64,000 nt of DNA from a virus (taxonomy: Duplodnaviria; Caudoviricetes), in the IMG/VR virus record IMGVR_UViG_3300037249_001368, positions 64,001 to 128,000 of that record; one strand, 5' to 3'. The translations under genes were made by a program, and so were the position numbers. Below the pieces are notes generated by a model. That model had not been told where the DNA came from and did not search any database. It saw only the letters and a program-made list of their open reading frames with translations. Positions 20,850 through 31,151 of this stretch are shown in pieces (the first letter of the stretch is position 1; each line of letters opens with the position of its first letter).

Positions 20850-20870
20850 CACGAATAAGTACGCTGAATC

Positions 20871-22634
20871 ATGAAGCTAAACACAGGACTAAACATATTG
20901 TATGGCAAGAACCTCGACGCCAAGATTTCTAAGAAAATCTTGTACGCGAACACCAATGGTAAGTTACAGAACCAAAAAGTTCTGAATAAAGCCGTTGGTA
21001 TTCCGAGCGACCCGTTGTATTTGAACAACAACGATATGTTCTATGCCAGCTACAATCCTGACATCAGATACAGAAACTATTTCCAGTTCTCGTCATTAGC
21101 AAACATTGAGTATCGTAATGCGTTACTCCTGTTTGCTGAAAACAAGAAAATCAAAAAGGCCGTGAAAATCATGGCTGATGAAATGGTTGTTGTTGATAGT
21201 GATGCTCAGCGTTATCCTGTTCAGCCAGATATCAACATCACCAAACTGGAAACAGATAAGCAGAAAGTTGGTACCGCAATCGTTGATTATCTTGACAATG
21301 TCTTTTATCCGAAACTTTGGAGAATGTACGACTTCGACAGTTTCGGTGATGGTGGCATAATTGATATGTTGAAAGAGTTCCTTATCACAGGAAAACTGGC
21401 ATGGGAAATAATTTATGACAGTATCAAGAACCCCAAAGACATTATTGGTTTGCAACCGTTAGACCCAACCACGTTACAGAAATACAAGGTTGGTGATGAC
21501 ATATATTACGTTCAGAGAACAGTGTTTGATGGACGTGAAAGAATCCTCCACGAAAACCAAGTAATCTTGGTTGAGTGGAATAAGTATGACTTCGGGTATG
21601 TTTCTTATGTTGACGGTCTACGACTGTCATACAACATAATGAACTCCATGAACACCTCCAAAGCGTTATGGTTTGCAGCAAAATCCCAAGTGAGGATGCA
21701 CATCAGATTAGCGCTTGGTGACGTGTCAAGGGACGAAGCCGAACAAAGACTTTCTGAAGCCGCTCAGCGCTATACGAACAACTTTAAGTTCAGCGAGGAT
21801 GGTGTGGTTCTGTTTAACAACCAACCAAACAATTCAGGCTACAGAGAGTTCTTTACTGGTGAAACATCTGTATCAGGTCATCCTGAAATCGAGGAAGTAA
21901 ACGCCAACGGTCCCGACTTAACCGAAACAGATTCATTATCCTATTGGGAGAAACTCTATTGGGAAGATACGGGAATACCGTTTGACAGAATCGACCCTAA
22001 CAACAGTGATAACTGGGGGTTCCTCGACGTAGAATCACTCAAGAAAACCGAAATCATTTTCGCCAAGGACGTAGAAGCCATTCGACGTATGTTGAATGAC
22101 ATTTGGATGAAACCAATCATCATTCAACTAACACTGAAAGAGGTAGAAATTGGAATTGACCTCAGCCTGTTGGATTCAATCGAACTGAAATGGGCATCGT
22201 ACAACCAGTACGAAAAGATGGCAGACTTAGGAATCCTTGAAAAGAAAGTAGGTATCGCACAGAACATCAAGGACTTTGGTACCACCATGAACGCCGCCGA
22301 TAAGGAAGTCCCGTTCTTCTCGGTCAACTGGCTCACCCGAAACATTTTGGGTTACGACGAAGCCACAATCAAACTCATCAAAGAAGCCAGACGTCTCGAA
22401 TACGAAGAACTTGGTTTCGACGAGAACGGTTGTCCTAAGAAGGAATTTGTTGACGCGAGCATGGGTTCGTTAGGCGACATGGGATTGGGTGACATGGGTG
22501 GCGGTAGTGGTGATTTGGATGACCTGTACGGTGGTTCCCCAGAAGACGAAGAACCAGAAAATTCATCCGATGACGAGGAACATTTCGTCGAAGATGAAGA
22601 AGCAATTTCTGATTCGGATGATTCACAGCTTTGA
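20871..22634 (+). CDS. Portal protein (gp20-like)
   Basis: IIGLQPLDP, YWEKLYWEDTGIPFDRI, KTEIIFAKDV and FSVNWLTRNILG follow the T4 gp20 pattern; acidic C-terminal tail. Confidence 0.85.
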   Translation: MKLNTGLNILYGKNLDAKISKKILYANTNGKLQNQKVLNKAVGIPSDPLYLNNNDMFYASYNPDIRYRNYFQFSSLANIEYRNALLLFAENKKIKKAVKIMADEMVVVDSDAQRYPVQPDINITKLETDKQKVGTAIVDYLDNVFYPKLWRMYDFDSFGDGGIIDMLKEFLITGKLAWEIIYDSIKNPKDIIGLQPLDPTTLQKYKVGDDIYYVQRTVFDGRERILHENQVILVEWNKYDFGYVSYVDGLRLSYNIMNSMNTSKALWFAAKSQVRMHIRLALGDVSRDEAEQRLSEAAQRYTNNFKFSEDGVVLFNNQPNNSGYREFFTGETSVSGHPEIEEVNANGPDLTETDSLSYWEKLYWEDTGIPFDRIDPNNSDNWGFLDVESLKKTEIIFAKDVEAIRRMLNDIWMKPIIIQLTLKEVEIGIDLSLLDSIELKWASYNQYEKMADLGILEKKVGIAQNIKDFGTTMNAADKEVPFFSVNWLTRNILGYDEATIKLIKEARRLEYEELGFDENGCPKKEFVDASMGSLGDMGLGDMGGGSGDLDDLYGGSPEDEEPENSSDDEEHFVEDEEAISDSDDSQL

Positions 22635-22660
22635 CACAAACATCTAAAATGTGAGTGTCA
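22632..22660 (+). repeat. Post-stop hairpin element, copy 5
   Basis: TGACAC AA ACAT CTAAA ATGT GA GTGTCA; the TGA stop pairs with the terminal TCA. Confidence 0.75.
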
Positions 22661-22688
22661 GTAATTAATACATAGAAAATACAAAACC

Positions 22689-23231
22689 ATGAACATATCA
22701 GAAAACGAAGTAAACAAAGCTCTTGAAACCAGCAAATACGTAGAATGGATGATGATGTCAATCAGAGATTATGTCTTTGGTGACAATCCTCGTTTGCTTT
22801 ACATTGCTTCATCGTTGCAAAAGAATCGTTTTTTCGGTTGGAATGATTTCATCGAACAGTTGGTACAAAATCCTGACAGATTGTCAGAGAAATGGATTCT
22901 TGCTCTTGCACAGAAACACCTAAAGCATAAATTCAACAACACCGAAGACATTTACCGAACAGTGATGGGTGTTGCCGAAAATGATGTATTTGAAGTGATT
23001 TGCGAGACTTTGAGCGACATGCCTACCGTAAAAGGTTTCCACATTTACGGTGATGCTATGGACCTCAGGGCTGGTAAAGACGAAACAGACCTTTATTTCT
23101 ATTTCAACAACCCGTTGTCTTTATCAGAACAAAAAGAACTGATTAGACAATTATCAATCACTGGTTATTACAGAATGTACAGAATGGCTGTTACGTCTGA
23201 TTTAGTGATGATTAAACTGGCAAACAAATAA
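22689..23231 (+). CDS. Hypothetical protein
   Basis: 180-aa ORF; TAATACATA at 22666-22674. Confidence 0.75.
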   Translation: MNISENEVNKALETSKYVEWMMMSIRDYVFGDNPRLLYIASSLQKNRFFGWNDFIEQLVQNPDRLSEKWILALAQKHLKHKFNNTEDIYRTVMGVAENDVFEVICETLSDMPTVKGFHIYGDAMDLRAGKDETDLYFYFNNPLSLSEQKELIRQLSITGYYRMYRMAVTSDLVMIKLANK

Positions 23232-23373
23232 TACATAAGCGTATCTCGGACAACCAAGTCCGTCTACATAGTCAACCCAATTATTAATCGGGGCATATAG
23301 ACCCCAGTAGAGTCTGCAGGTCTGTTGAGGTCTCAACTTTTCGGAGGATAAAGCCCCACAAAACATTTACAAA

Positions 23374-24720
23374 ATGGCAACTAAAAAAGAATTTGTTGTT
23401 CAGCTTGTCGAGGACATGAAGACTAACGCCCGTGCCGTTCTGAAAGGCCACGGTTTGCGTCCTGACATTTTGAACGTGATTTGCGAACGCGCTGACATCA
23501 TGTCGAAACTCGGCTCCATCGCTTGGAACCTGAAGTGGGCCAGCTCTGGCAAAAACGCTCTGATTCACCGCCCGAACTTCAAGATTTTCGGTTACGACAG
23601 CTTCGGTCGTTTCAACATGGAAGCTCGTACCGACGTCGAAGAGTTCATCAACGGTTTGTCTGAGGAAGACCAGAAGACTTTCACCAACAGCGACAACATC
23701 GTGGTGATTATCGCTCAACCCGACTCAGAAATCATCGAGGACGACGAGACCCAAATCGTTACTGGTCCTTCGTTGGTTGTTCCTTTCGACAAAGCCGTCC
23801 GCGCCGAACAGAAGACTATCGGTGGCAAGTACATCGCAGTCATGTTTGGTGAAAGCGCCATCCGCAACACTGGTGCCCCGAAGACTGAAGTGTCTACCGG
23901 TGTCTCCGCTCAGAAGCGCAAACTCCTCGCCAAGAGACGTGCCAAGAAAGCCGAACTGAACAAGAAAGTGTATGCTCTGCGTGGCAAAGCTTCCGACCTC
24001 CAGCGTCAAATCGCAGCCGGCACCGCTCAGCAAGCCATCAAGGCTGGCATCCAAGACGAAGCCGCTGCTTACGGTCCGAAACTCGCCGCTGCCATGAAGA
24101 CCCTGAACAACCGCGACAAGCAGTTGGTGAAGACCTTCATGTTGCTCAAGAAAGAAGGCGACCTCGCTACCGCAAAGAACGTCCTGAAGACCCTGAAGAA
24201 CGAAGAAGTGCTGCGTCTGTTGCTCGACGGCGAACCCGATGCCAAGACCAACCTCAGCGCCCGCCGTACTCAACTCCGCAAAGACCTCGCCAAGTGGCGC
24301 GCCAAAGCTGAGAAGTACATCGAGGACGTGAAGACTCAGAAGGCTCTCGGTAACAAGAAGGGCGTCATCGGTGCTCAAGCCAATCTCCGTCGTGCTACGA
24401 ACAAGATTGCTGAACTCCGCGCCGCTCTCGACACCTACAGCCGTATGTCCAGCAAAGCCCTGAGCAAGAAGGCTGCCGCTCTGAAGAAGACCAACGACGC
24501 CATCGAGAAACTCATCGCCAAGGGTGCTACTCTCGACCAAGCCATCGAGAAGGCAGTCAATGCCCTGAACGCCACCCCCGGTGAGAAAGACCTCATCAAG
24601 GAACAGGTCATGGCCGAAGTTGCTGACGGCACCATCGCCCAATTCGCAGTGCAACAAGCCATCCAAGACAACATGGTCGAGGACGAGACCGACATCAATG
24701 CTCTCATTGACGCCATCTAA
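23374..24720 (+). CDS. Highly expressed Ala/Lys-rich protein (likely abundant virion/core protein)
   Basis: Strong C-ending codon bias like the capsid gene; own upstream late-type motif and downstream terminator. Confidence 0.75.
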   Translation: MATKKEFVVQLVEDMKTNARAVLKGHGLRPDILNVICERADIMSKLGSIAWNLKWASSGKNALIHRPNFKIFGYDSFGRFNMEARTDVEEFINGLSEEDQKTFTNSDNIVVIIAQPDSEIIEDDETQIVTGPSLVVPFDKAVRAEQKTIGGKYIAVMFGESAIRNTGAPKTEVSTGVSAQKRKLLAKRRAKKAELNKKVYALRGKASDLQRQIAAGTAQQAIKAGIQDEAAAYGPKLAAAMKTLNNRDKQLVKTFMLLKKEGDLATAKNVLKTLKNEEVLRLLLDGEPDAKTNLSARRTQLRKDLAKWRAKAEKYIEDVKTQKALGNKKGVIGAQANLRRATNKIAELRAALDTYSRMSSKALSKKAAALKKTNDAIEKLIAKGATLDQAIEKAVNALNATPGEKDLIKEQVMAEVADGTIAQFAVQQAIQDNMVEDETDINALIDAI

Positions 24721-24747
24721 TCTCTGACCAAAGATTTGTCAAAGAAC

Positions 24748-24785
24748 CGAAACACCGAGCTCATTGAGTTCGGTGTTTCGCCTTT
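24748..24785 (+). terminator. Rho-independent terminator
   Basis: CGAAACACCGAGCTC-ATT-GAGTTCGGTGTTTCG followed by CCTTT. Confidence 0.75.
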
Positions 24786-24821
24786 CTAAAATCAAAAACA
24801 ATATATAGAAAAATTCATAAA

Positions 24822-25397
24822 ATGCCTTTTCCAATCCAAAATCAGACATCCCAATTAAAACTGAAGTTTGCTGGTCCGCTTGTCAAAGATTGGCAAGTTG
24901 CTCTCAAGCAAGATTTGGTGACATTGGATAATAACTATGATTATAAGCTAGTTTGGGTGAATGAGATTAAATCTTTGTTCTATCTGAACGCTGGTTGTAG
25001 TGGTGCTGATTTATCACATTGGATTCAATATGGTTCTTCTGCTACAATCACGCGGCACAATCAGAACCAATCATACACAGCAGGTGAGTGTGTTTATACT
25101 TTGGATGGTGGACTCTATGTCGCCATTGCTGCTGTTCCTGAAAACACCCCAATAACCAACACCGATTATTGGTTACAGTTATCAGGCAGTTCAGTGACAA
25201 TGTATGTAGAGTTCACGAACCAATCAGAAGTCCTTATTACATCATTAGTCACTCACCCAATCTTCCAAGTTTTTATCGACAATATGTTAGCCGACGCCGA
25301 AGTCGTAAACACGAGCGTTGAAAACAACATTTGGAAGATTTCCTTCTACGAAGACAACGAGTTATCACCAAAGACAGGTTACGTGGTTATTAAGTGA
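24822..25397 (+). CDS. Structural protein with a CBM5/12-like module
   Basis: YTAGECVYTLDGGLYVAIAAVPENTPITNTDYWLQL resembles small carbohydrate-binding modules. Confidence 0.55.
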   Translation: MPFPIQNQTSQLKLKFAGPLVKDWQVALKQDLVTLDNNYDYKLVWVNEIKSLFYLNAGCSGADLSHWIQYGSSATITRHNQNQSYTAGECVYTLDGGLYVAIAAVPENTPITNTDYWLQLSGSSVTMYVEFTNQSEVLITSLVTHPIFQVFIDNMLADAEVVNTSVENNIWKISFYEDNELSPKTGYVVIK

Positions 25398-25439
25398 CCA
25401 AAATCTGGATTAATAAATACCCTGAAACAAAACATCAAA

Positions 25440-26474
25440 ATGGGAAAAATATCCAACAAATTCTTATACGTCGAGTCACCGCAAATCCCCCTGATTTCGG
25501 TAGACTATGCGGATATCAAAAAGGAAACTATCGACCCGACCACGGGTAAGCCATACAAGGGGATAATTCTTTTTGGTGAGTTCGCCGACCTGAGCAACGA
25601 GACTCTGAACAACAACAAGCGCATTTATGATGTTCCGTTGTATCTTCAGTTGCTTGGTGACTTACGAAAGAAAATCCACGAGAAGAAGGGAGTCTACGGT
25701 GAACTTGAACACCCCAATAGTTACGCAGTAAACTACAAGATGGTGTCCCATAAAATCTTGGATGTGTACTACGACGAGAAAACCAAAAAGGTTATGGGTT
25801 ATGTTCTGTTGCTGAATACTCCTGAAGGAAAGAAAGCTCAGGAAGTGGTTAAGAGTGGTGGCTGCTTGGCTATTTCAGGAAGAGCCGCTGGTGAAGAGAT
25901 TGCTCAATCCGACGGTTCATTCTTGGCAAAAGTCAAATTGCTCACCACCTATGATTTAGTATATCATCCTGGTTTTTCATCCGCTGTCTTAGACTTCAAA
26001 GAACTTAACGAGTCCTACAACTTTGGTCGTCAATCAGACTACCAACACAATCCTTACTCATGCATCATCACCGAAAATCAACTAAGAGCTATACATGAAT
26101 CATACAATCAGTTCAGGGCTCAGATTTCAGGAATGGATACATTGAACGAGTGTTTCTTGGGTTGGTATAGTAATCTTAACGAAGACCAAAAACCTTCCCA
26201 ACAGCAGAAACAGCAACAGGAAAAGTTGCAAGACTCCGAACAACCAAAAGAGGAAAAATACCAACAGAAGTTGGAGAGGGCCGCTGACCAAGACCTCTCA
26301 GAGAAACATAAGAAACGTTATATGCAAATCCTGAGACGCAATCAGAGAACGACAACTCGTAATCTGAAAAACCTGTCTAAGATTGGAAATGCTGTTTACG
26401 ACAATTCGGCTGGATTTCTGAGTGATGGTTTGGCTGGCCTGCCTAACACTACCAGTGTAGCCACGGGCGTCTGA
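25440..26474 (+). CDS. Prohead core protease (gp21-like)
   Basis: NNNKRIY, YGELEHP, VSHKI, LNTPEG, LAISGRAAG and TYDLVYHPGFSSA are canonical gp21 motifs. Confidence 0.9.
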   Translation: MGKISNKFLYVESPQIPLISVDYADIKKETIDPTTGKPYKGIILFGEFADLSNETLNNNKRIYDVPLYLQLLGDLRKKIHEKKGVYGELEHPNSYAVNYKMVSHKILDVYYDEKTKKVMGYVLLLNTPEGKKAQEVVKSGGCLAISGRAAGEEIAQSDGSFLAKVKLLTTYDLVYHPGFSSAVLDFKELNESYNFGRQSDYQHNPYSCIITENQLRAIHESYNQFRAQISGMDTLNECFLGWYSNLNEDQKPSQQQKQQQEKLQDSEQPKEEKYQQKLERAADQDLSEKHKKRYMQILRRNQRTTTRNLKNLSKIGNAVYDNSAGFLSDGLAGLPNTTSVATGV

Positions 26475-26565
26475 CTTTTTGTTCCACAATTAAGTGGTAT
26501 TTAATACATACTCACGAAAATAACCAACAACTTTTTCAAATTTTTAATTAAAAATTTCAAAAACT

Positions 26566-27243
26566 ATGGCTAGTAACACAGTTATGAAAATCATCTCCGA
26601 CAATGAGGAGATTGAAAACCAAATTGCGAGAGAGACTTCGCTGAACGAATCTGAGGATATCACCCTCGACGGCACCGATGTTTTCCAAGACGACGAAGAC
26701 CTTGACATCTTCGAGGACGAAGACACCGACACCCTGTACGAAGAGGATGACGAAGACCTTGACGAGATTCTTGAGGACGAAGACGAACTCGAGAACGACG
26801 AACTGACCGAAGATGAGGACGACTTCCTGTTCGAGGATGACGACGAGTGCGACGAGAACCTCGACGAAGACGAAGACGACTTCCTCTTTGAGGACGACGA
26901 GTGCGATGACAATCTCGACGAAGACGACGAAGACCTGTTCGAGTCCGAGGAAACCGACGAGGACAAGAAACAGCAGAAAAAGATGCAACAGCTGAAGCAA
27001 CAGCAAGCCAAGCAAATGCAACAGCTGAAGCAGCAACAAGCCAAACAGCTCAAGAAAGAGCAGCAAAAGACCCAAACTCCTCAACAGAAGAAAAAGGTCC
27101 AGCAGCTCAAGCAGCAACAGGCCAAGCAGGTCCAGCAGCTGAAGCAACAGCAAGCTAAGGAAACTCAGCAAGCCAAGAAGCAACAGCAGAAGAAGCAACA
27201 GTCGCTCAACGAGAGCATCCGCAAATTCTACGGTTTGAACTAA
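26566..27243 (+). CDS. Prohead scaffold/core protein (acidic half plus Gln/Lys repeats)
   Basis: Lies between protease and capsid genes; D/E-rich repeats, then QQLKQQQAK x4. Confidence 0.65.
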   Translation: MASNTVMKIISDNEEIENQIARETSLNESEDITLDGTDVFQDDEDLDIFEDEDTDTLYEEDDEDLDEILEDEDELENDELTEDEDDFLFEDDDECDENLDEDEDDFLFEDDECDDNLDEDDEDLFESEETDEDKKQQKKMQQLKQQQAKQMQQLKQQQAKQLKKEQQKTQTPQQKKKVQQLKQQQAKQVQQLKQQQAKETQQAKKQQQKKQQSLNESIRKFYGLN

Positions 27244-27307
27244 TCCCAGACCGCGAATACATAGAGAGAAAATAACTAATTTTTCTAACACTTAAAACAG
27301 AGATATC

Positions 27308-29161
27308 ATGTTTGAAATTAAAAGAGACAGGATTTACAAACACACGCATCTGAAGCAAGAGGATGCAGACCGTTTGCGTCCCCTGATGGAAAACGCCTTC
27401 CGTGATGAACTTTCTCGCTATGACGGCCGTCCCGCACTGAGGGAAGAGAAACTCCGTTTCATCACCGAACAATACGCCAACCGTTGCCGTGTGTCTTCGG
27501 CTGTGGGTCAATCGCCCCTGCACGAGGATGCCAAAATCTTCGGTGGTCTCGATGGTAGTCTTACCAACCTCTTTGAGTCTGTCAGCGCTCCTGGTAACAT
27601 CATTAATATGGGTAACGTTCGCAACCCCATGAACGGAACCGACGTCGATGGTGGTATTTGGAACCCTGGTTACAAGAGAGGCACTGGTGACATTCCTTCG
27701 TATGTCTTCGGCCTTCAAAGCCACATCGCCCTCCACTGCATCGGCTTCGACCTGATTCCTACGATTTCGGTCGATACTCCGAAGCCCGTCGTGAGTTACG
27801 TGGACATCGTCTACGGTGGTGGTACCCTCGCCGACAGTGAGAATCTTCCTTCGTACCTCGAGTTTGCCAGCAGCTTGTTCACCAAATCTTGGGTGACCAC
27901 TCACAACCTCGTTCGCGCTACGACTGAAGTCTACATCGTCGCCGACACCGCCTCCGCAAAGAAAGCTCTGAAGCTCCGCTTCCACAGCGGTTCTACGGTT
28001 CGCGCCGCCATCAACGCCGAAGTGCTCGCCACTGGTGTTATGACGACCCTGCCCGTTGACGCTACCAGCAAGGGTGCTTATACTTGGGACAACAGCTGCA
28101 GCGTTAAGGACGTCCTTGACCTCGTTGCTGACACCACCAAGTCGCACATCGTGTCTATCGAAGGTGCCGCTGCTACTGACACCTACGTCGAAGCCATCAC
28201 CGAGCTCTACGCCAACTATCTGTCCGCTACCCGTACCAACATCGCCGAGGCCACCTCGAACAACAACAGCTTCGGTGGTATGACCCGTGAGCAAATGGAG
28301 AAGGGTCCCGTCCACAAGCTGAACGTCGTGACTATGGACGAGCAACTCGACATCGTCGGTATTGAAATCGAGGCCGACACCACGAATATCCAAATCAAGG
28401 ATATGGCTGCTATGGGTGTCCAAGTCATTTCTTACCTGTACACCGGTGTCCAAAACGCTCTGGTCCAATCCCTCGACGAGTTCATCCTCGACCACCTGTA
28501 CGCAATGGGTGTCACTGCCGCCGTCAATGCTTATCAGTCTCAAGGTATCAACCACAGCCTGTACATTGACAACCCGAGCAACACCACATATGCCATGAGC
28601 GGTTATCCTTATCCGTTCAAGGACGTCCTCGGTCGTGACCGTCGTGCTGAGATGGGTACTATCACCAACGCTATGGTGACTACTGGTTACGAGAACCAGA
28701 TGACTCACAACGAGCGTCTGTATCGTCGTATCCTCCTCATCGCTGAGTACATCGAGCAACAGACCCGTATCGCTCCCGCTGACATGCTTGTCGCTGGTGG
28801 AGAACTTTGCGCCGCCATCAAGGCTCACAGCTCCTTCACTACCAGCCCCACCCCGAACACCATGACTCAAAGCCCTGGTATCCAATACTACGGCACCATC
28901 TACCAGACCATCAACGTCTTCAAGAATCCGAAGTGCGACTTCAACGATTCTCGTATCTTGGTCTTCCGTCGTGGTGATGACAAGGACACTGGTTCTAAGC
29001 TGTTGGCCTACGACCTGGCTGCAAGCCGTCAAATCGTCGCCGAGCAAACGATGGCTGAGAAAATCCGTGTGTGGTCTCGCTTCAAGATTGCCGACATCGG
29101 CTTCTATCCTGAGCTCAACTACTACACGATGGTTGCCATCAACACCTACAAGTTCATCTAA
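27308..29161 (+). CDS. Major capsid protein (gp23-like)
   Basis: 617 aa after protease and scaffold; strongest codon bias; IGFDLIPTISV and KIRVWSRFKIADIGFYPE fit large-myovirus capsid patterns; followed by a terminator. Confidence 0.85.
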   Translation: MFEIKRDRIYKHTHLKQEDADRLRPLMENAFRDELSRYDGRPALREEKLRFITEQYANRCRVSSAVGQSPLHEDAKIFGGLDGSLTNLFESVSAPGNIINMGNVRNPMNGTDVDGGIWNPGYKRGTGDIPSYVFGLQSHIALHCIGFDLIPTISVDTPKPVVSYVDIVYGGGTLADSENLPSYLEFASSLFTKSWVTTHNLVRATTEVYIVADTASAKKALKLRFHSGSTVRAAINAEVLATGVMTTLPVDATSKGAYTWDNSCSVKDVLDLVADTTKSHIVSIEGAAATDTYVEAITELYANYLSATRTNIAEATSNNNSFGGMTREQMEKGPVHKLNVVTMDEQLDIVGIEIEADTTNIQIKDMAAMGVQVISYLYTGVQNALVQSLDEFILDHLYAMGVTAAVNAYQSQGINHSLYIDNPSNTTYAMSGYPYPFKDVLGRDRRAEMGTITNAMVTTGYENQMTHNERLYRRILLIAEYIEQQTRIAPADMLVAGGELCAAIKAHSSFTTSPTPNTMTQSPGIQYYGTIYQTINVFKNPKCDFNDSRILVFRRGDDKDTGSKLLAYDLAASRQIVAEQTMAEKIRVWSRFKIADIGFYPELNYYTMVAINTYKFI

Positions 29162-29174
29162 TCCTTCGGGATTA
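29159..29174 (+). promoter_or_regulatory. C(UUCG)G tetraloop hairpin over the capsid stop codon
   Basis: TAATCC-TTCG-GGATTA. Confidence 0.65.
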
Positions 29175-29192
29175 CCTGAAGTAGGAAACCCT

Positions 29193-29233
29193 GAAAGGCC
29201 GCCCCGCAGGTTTGCGGCGCGGCCTTTCTTTTT
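29193..29233 (+). terminator. Rho-independent terminator
   Basis: GAAAGGCCGC CCCGCA...TGCGG CGCGGCCTTTC followed by TTTTT. Confidence 0.85.
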
Positions 29234-29269
29234 AACATACTCCACAAATCGACCATAAACACAGAAAAC

Positions 29270-30673
29270 ATGTCCTCGTCATATTCCAACAAATACGCCG
29301 ACCCGATTAAGATTAACGATTTTACGTTGATTAAATTGAGTTATACACCAAGTAAAAACTGCGACTTTCTGAAAGTGGATTATAGCCAGTTTGGTGCTTT
29401 CGGCAATCATTACATTGAAGTCAATGACTTGGTTTTTGATGGCCAAGGAAATCCAACAGACTACATCGCTGACATTAATACAGTGGTTTGGGACAGAGGT
29501 TCCAACGAGTACGCTCACAGACAAAACCACGATTATATCGAGGGCACTGTTTACACTCCAGCACTTTCAACCCTCATCAGGGATAAAGAATTTCTGAATG
29601 TGGAATTTTTCATTCCTCAACTGTTCAACTGGAAAAACATTTACGGTATTCATTTGATTATCAAAGGTGCCAATACGGAAGACATATACGTTTCCAAAAT
29701 AATTCCTATTTCAGGATTCAACATTTCTGAAAGCAGAGAATTATATTATGGACAGTTTTGGATGGAATCCAACAACACAAGAATACCCTCCGTCTCAGAA
29801 GATTTATACATCCAAACCACAATAATCACAACCGACCAGATTTCACTGGAAGGTTATGATTATAATTACCCCAATACATTTGAGCCTTTAATCGAAGACA
29901 AGATTTTTCCCTCATTCATAACTACAGACCTGTCATTCGACAAAGCCAAATTCTTACACATTTTCCCAATGACACTTGAAAGCAAGACATTGGAAAATTC
30001 TTTGAAAGATTACTTCGGATATTCACGGGATAAAATCGTCCCAATCACCATACAGCATGTAGTTTCATTCCAAGGCCTTAACCAAAACACACAACAATAC
30101 GAAACACACCAAATCAGAGTTTCAAACGAGGAAAACAACTTCAGTGAGTGTGTTGTAGGCTTGAACTTGATGCCATTTATCGACTTAGAAAATCCTGAGG
30201 AACTTATCACAATCACGGTGAACACCGAAATCAATGTTGATGGAAAATTCATGTACCGTGAAAATTCTATATCAACAGACTTCAGCACCGAAATCGCCAA
30301 TTTCCTTGACCAGTTTGTGAATCCCACCTCGGTGATTTTCCAAGACGTCACCGAAACCACCCAAGTGAATCAGACTGTTATCAACAAACCGACTACAACG
30401 AAAATAGTCAAAGTATATCAGCCGATTTTTGTGAAGTACATCGAGCAAGATATCACTTACGCCAGAACAAACATTTCATTTGAAAACATCACCGAGAAAT
30501 CATTCATGGTTGTTGGTGATGAAACCATTCAATCAGATGTAACCAGTGATGGTAAGTACTACTTCAATCTTACAAAACTCACACCTCCAAAATCAGACAC
30601 ACCTTATAAATTGTATCTGTCTAATAACGAAACTGAAGTTGGTTCAGGTATGATGTTTGCCAAAGAGAAATAA
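29270..30673 (+). CDS. Hypothetical protein (likely structural, beta-rich)
   Basis: 467-aa ORF, Thr/Asn/Ile-rich. Confidence 0.75.
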   Translation: MSSSYSNKYADPIKINDFTLIKLSYTPSKNCDFLKVDYSQFGAFGNHYIEVNDLVFDGQGNPTDYIADINTVVWDRGSNEYAHRQNHDYIEGTVYTPALSTLIRDKEFLNVEFFIPQLFNWKNIYGIHLIIKGANTEDIYVSKIIPISGFNISESRELYYGQFWMESNNTRIPSVSEDLYIQTTIITTDQISLEGYDYNYPNTFEPLIEDKIFPSFITTDLSFDKAKFLHIFPMTLESKTLENSLKDYFGYSRDKIVPITIQHVVSFQGLNQNTQQYETHQIRVSNEENNFSECVVGLNLMPFIDLENPEELITITVNTEINVDGKFMYRENSISTDFSTEIANFLDQFVNPTSVIFQDVTETTQVNQTVINKPTTTKIVKVYQPIFVKYIEQDITYARTNISFENITEKSFMVVGDETIQSDVTSDGKYYFNLTKLTPPKSDTPYKLYLSNNETEVGSGMMFAKEK

Positions 30674-30695
30674 TCCATCATAAACCACTATAATC

Positions 30696-31007
30696 ATGAA
30701 AACACCAGGAAAAGTAATAAACAATTCTGCGGAGAACATGGCTGATATTATATCCATGACTCCTAAACAGTTGGAACTGTTTACAATCATGAGAAATTCC
30801 ATGATTGAGATTTTTCCTTACGAGGATAAGAGAAGGAAAAAATTCTACGATGATACGATTGTTTTATCTGAGTGTTTCGGTATAATAGCCGCCAAAGGAC
30901 TTCAACAATATATAGAGAGGGAAATTAATACAGTAAAAACCCAGCACGATGTCGAAATTAATAAGATAAAAACGGCACTCGCTGCATTAGGTGTCATCAT
31001 ACCATGA
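30696..31007 (+). CDS. Hypothetical protein
   Basis: 103-aa ORF with a TAATCATG start context. Confidence 0.7.
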   Translation: MKTPGKVINNSAENMADIISMTPKQLELFTIMRNSMIEIFPYEDKRRKKFYDDTIVLSECFGIIAAKGLQQYIEREINTVKTQHDVEINKIKTALAALGVIIP

Positions 31008-31150
31008 ATCATTGGACTAAAATATACGACAAATTCTTTCCTAAAATTTCTAGGAAAAATGGACTCTTTGCCTCGTTGGTAATGATGTTCAAATACATGT
31101 TTATACAGTTCGATGACTACGTGAATAAGAACATAAACAAGGACATTTGA
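31004..31150 (+). CDS. Small hypothetical protein (48 aa; absent from the ORF track)
   Basis: MNHWTKIYDKFF...NKDI*; ATGA overlap upstream, ends 1 nt before the next ATG and fills the gap exactly. Confidence 0.6.
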   Translation: MNHWTKIYDKFFPKISRKNGLFASLVMMFKYMFIQFDDYVNKNINKDI

Positions 31151-31151
31151 C

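Noticed and set aside
27206-29245. Long antisense ORFs (679 aa opposite the capsid gene; also 23725-24666, 15813-17015, 8047-8826 and others)
   Set aside because: They mirror strongly codon-biased + strand genes, which depletes antisense stop codons, and show no protein motifs.
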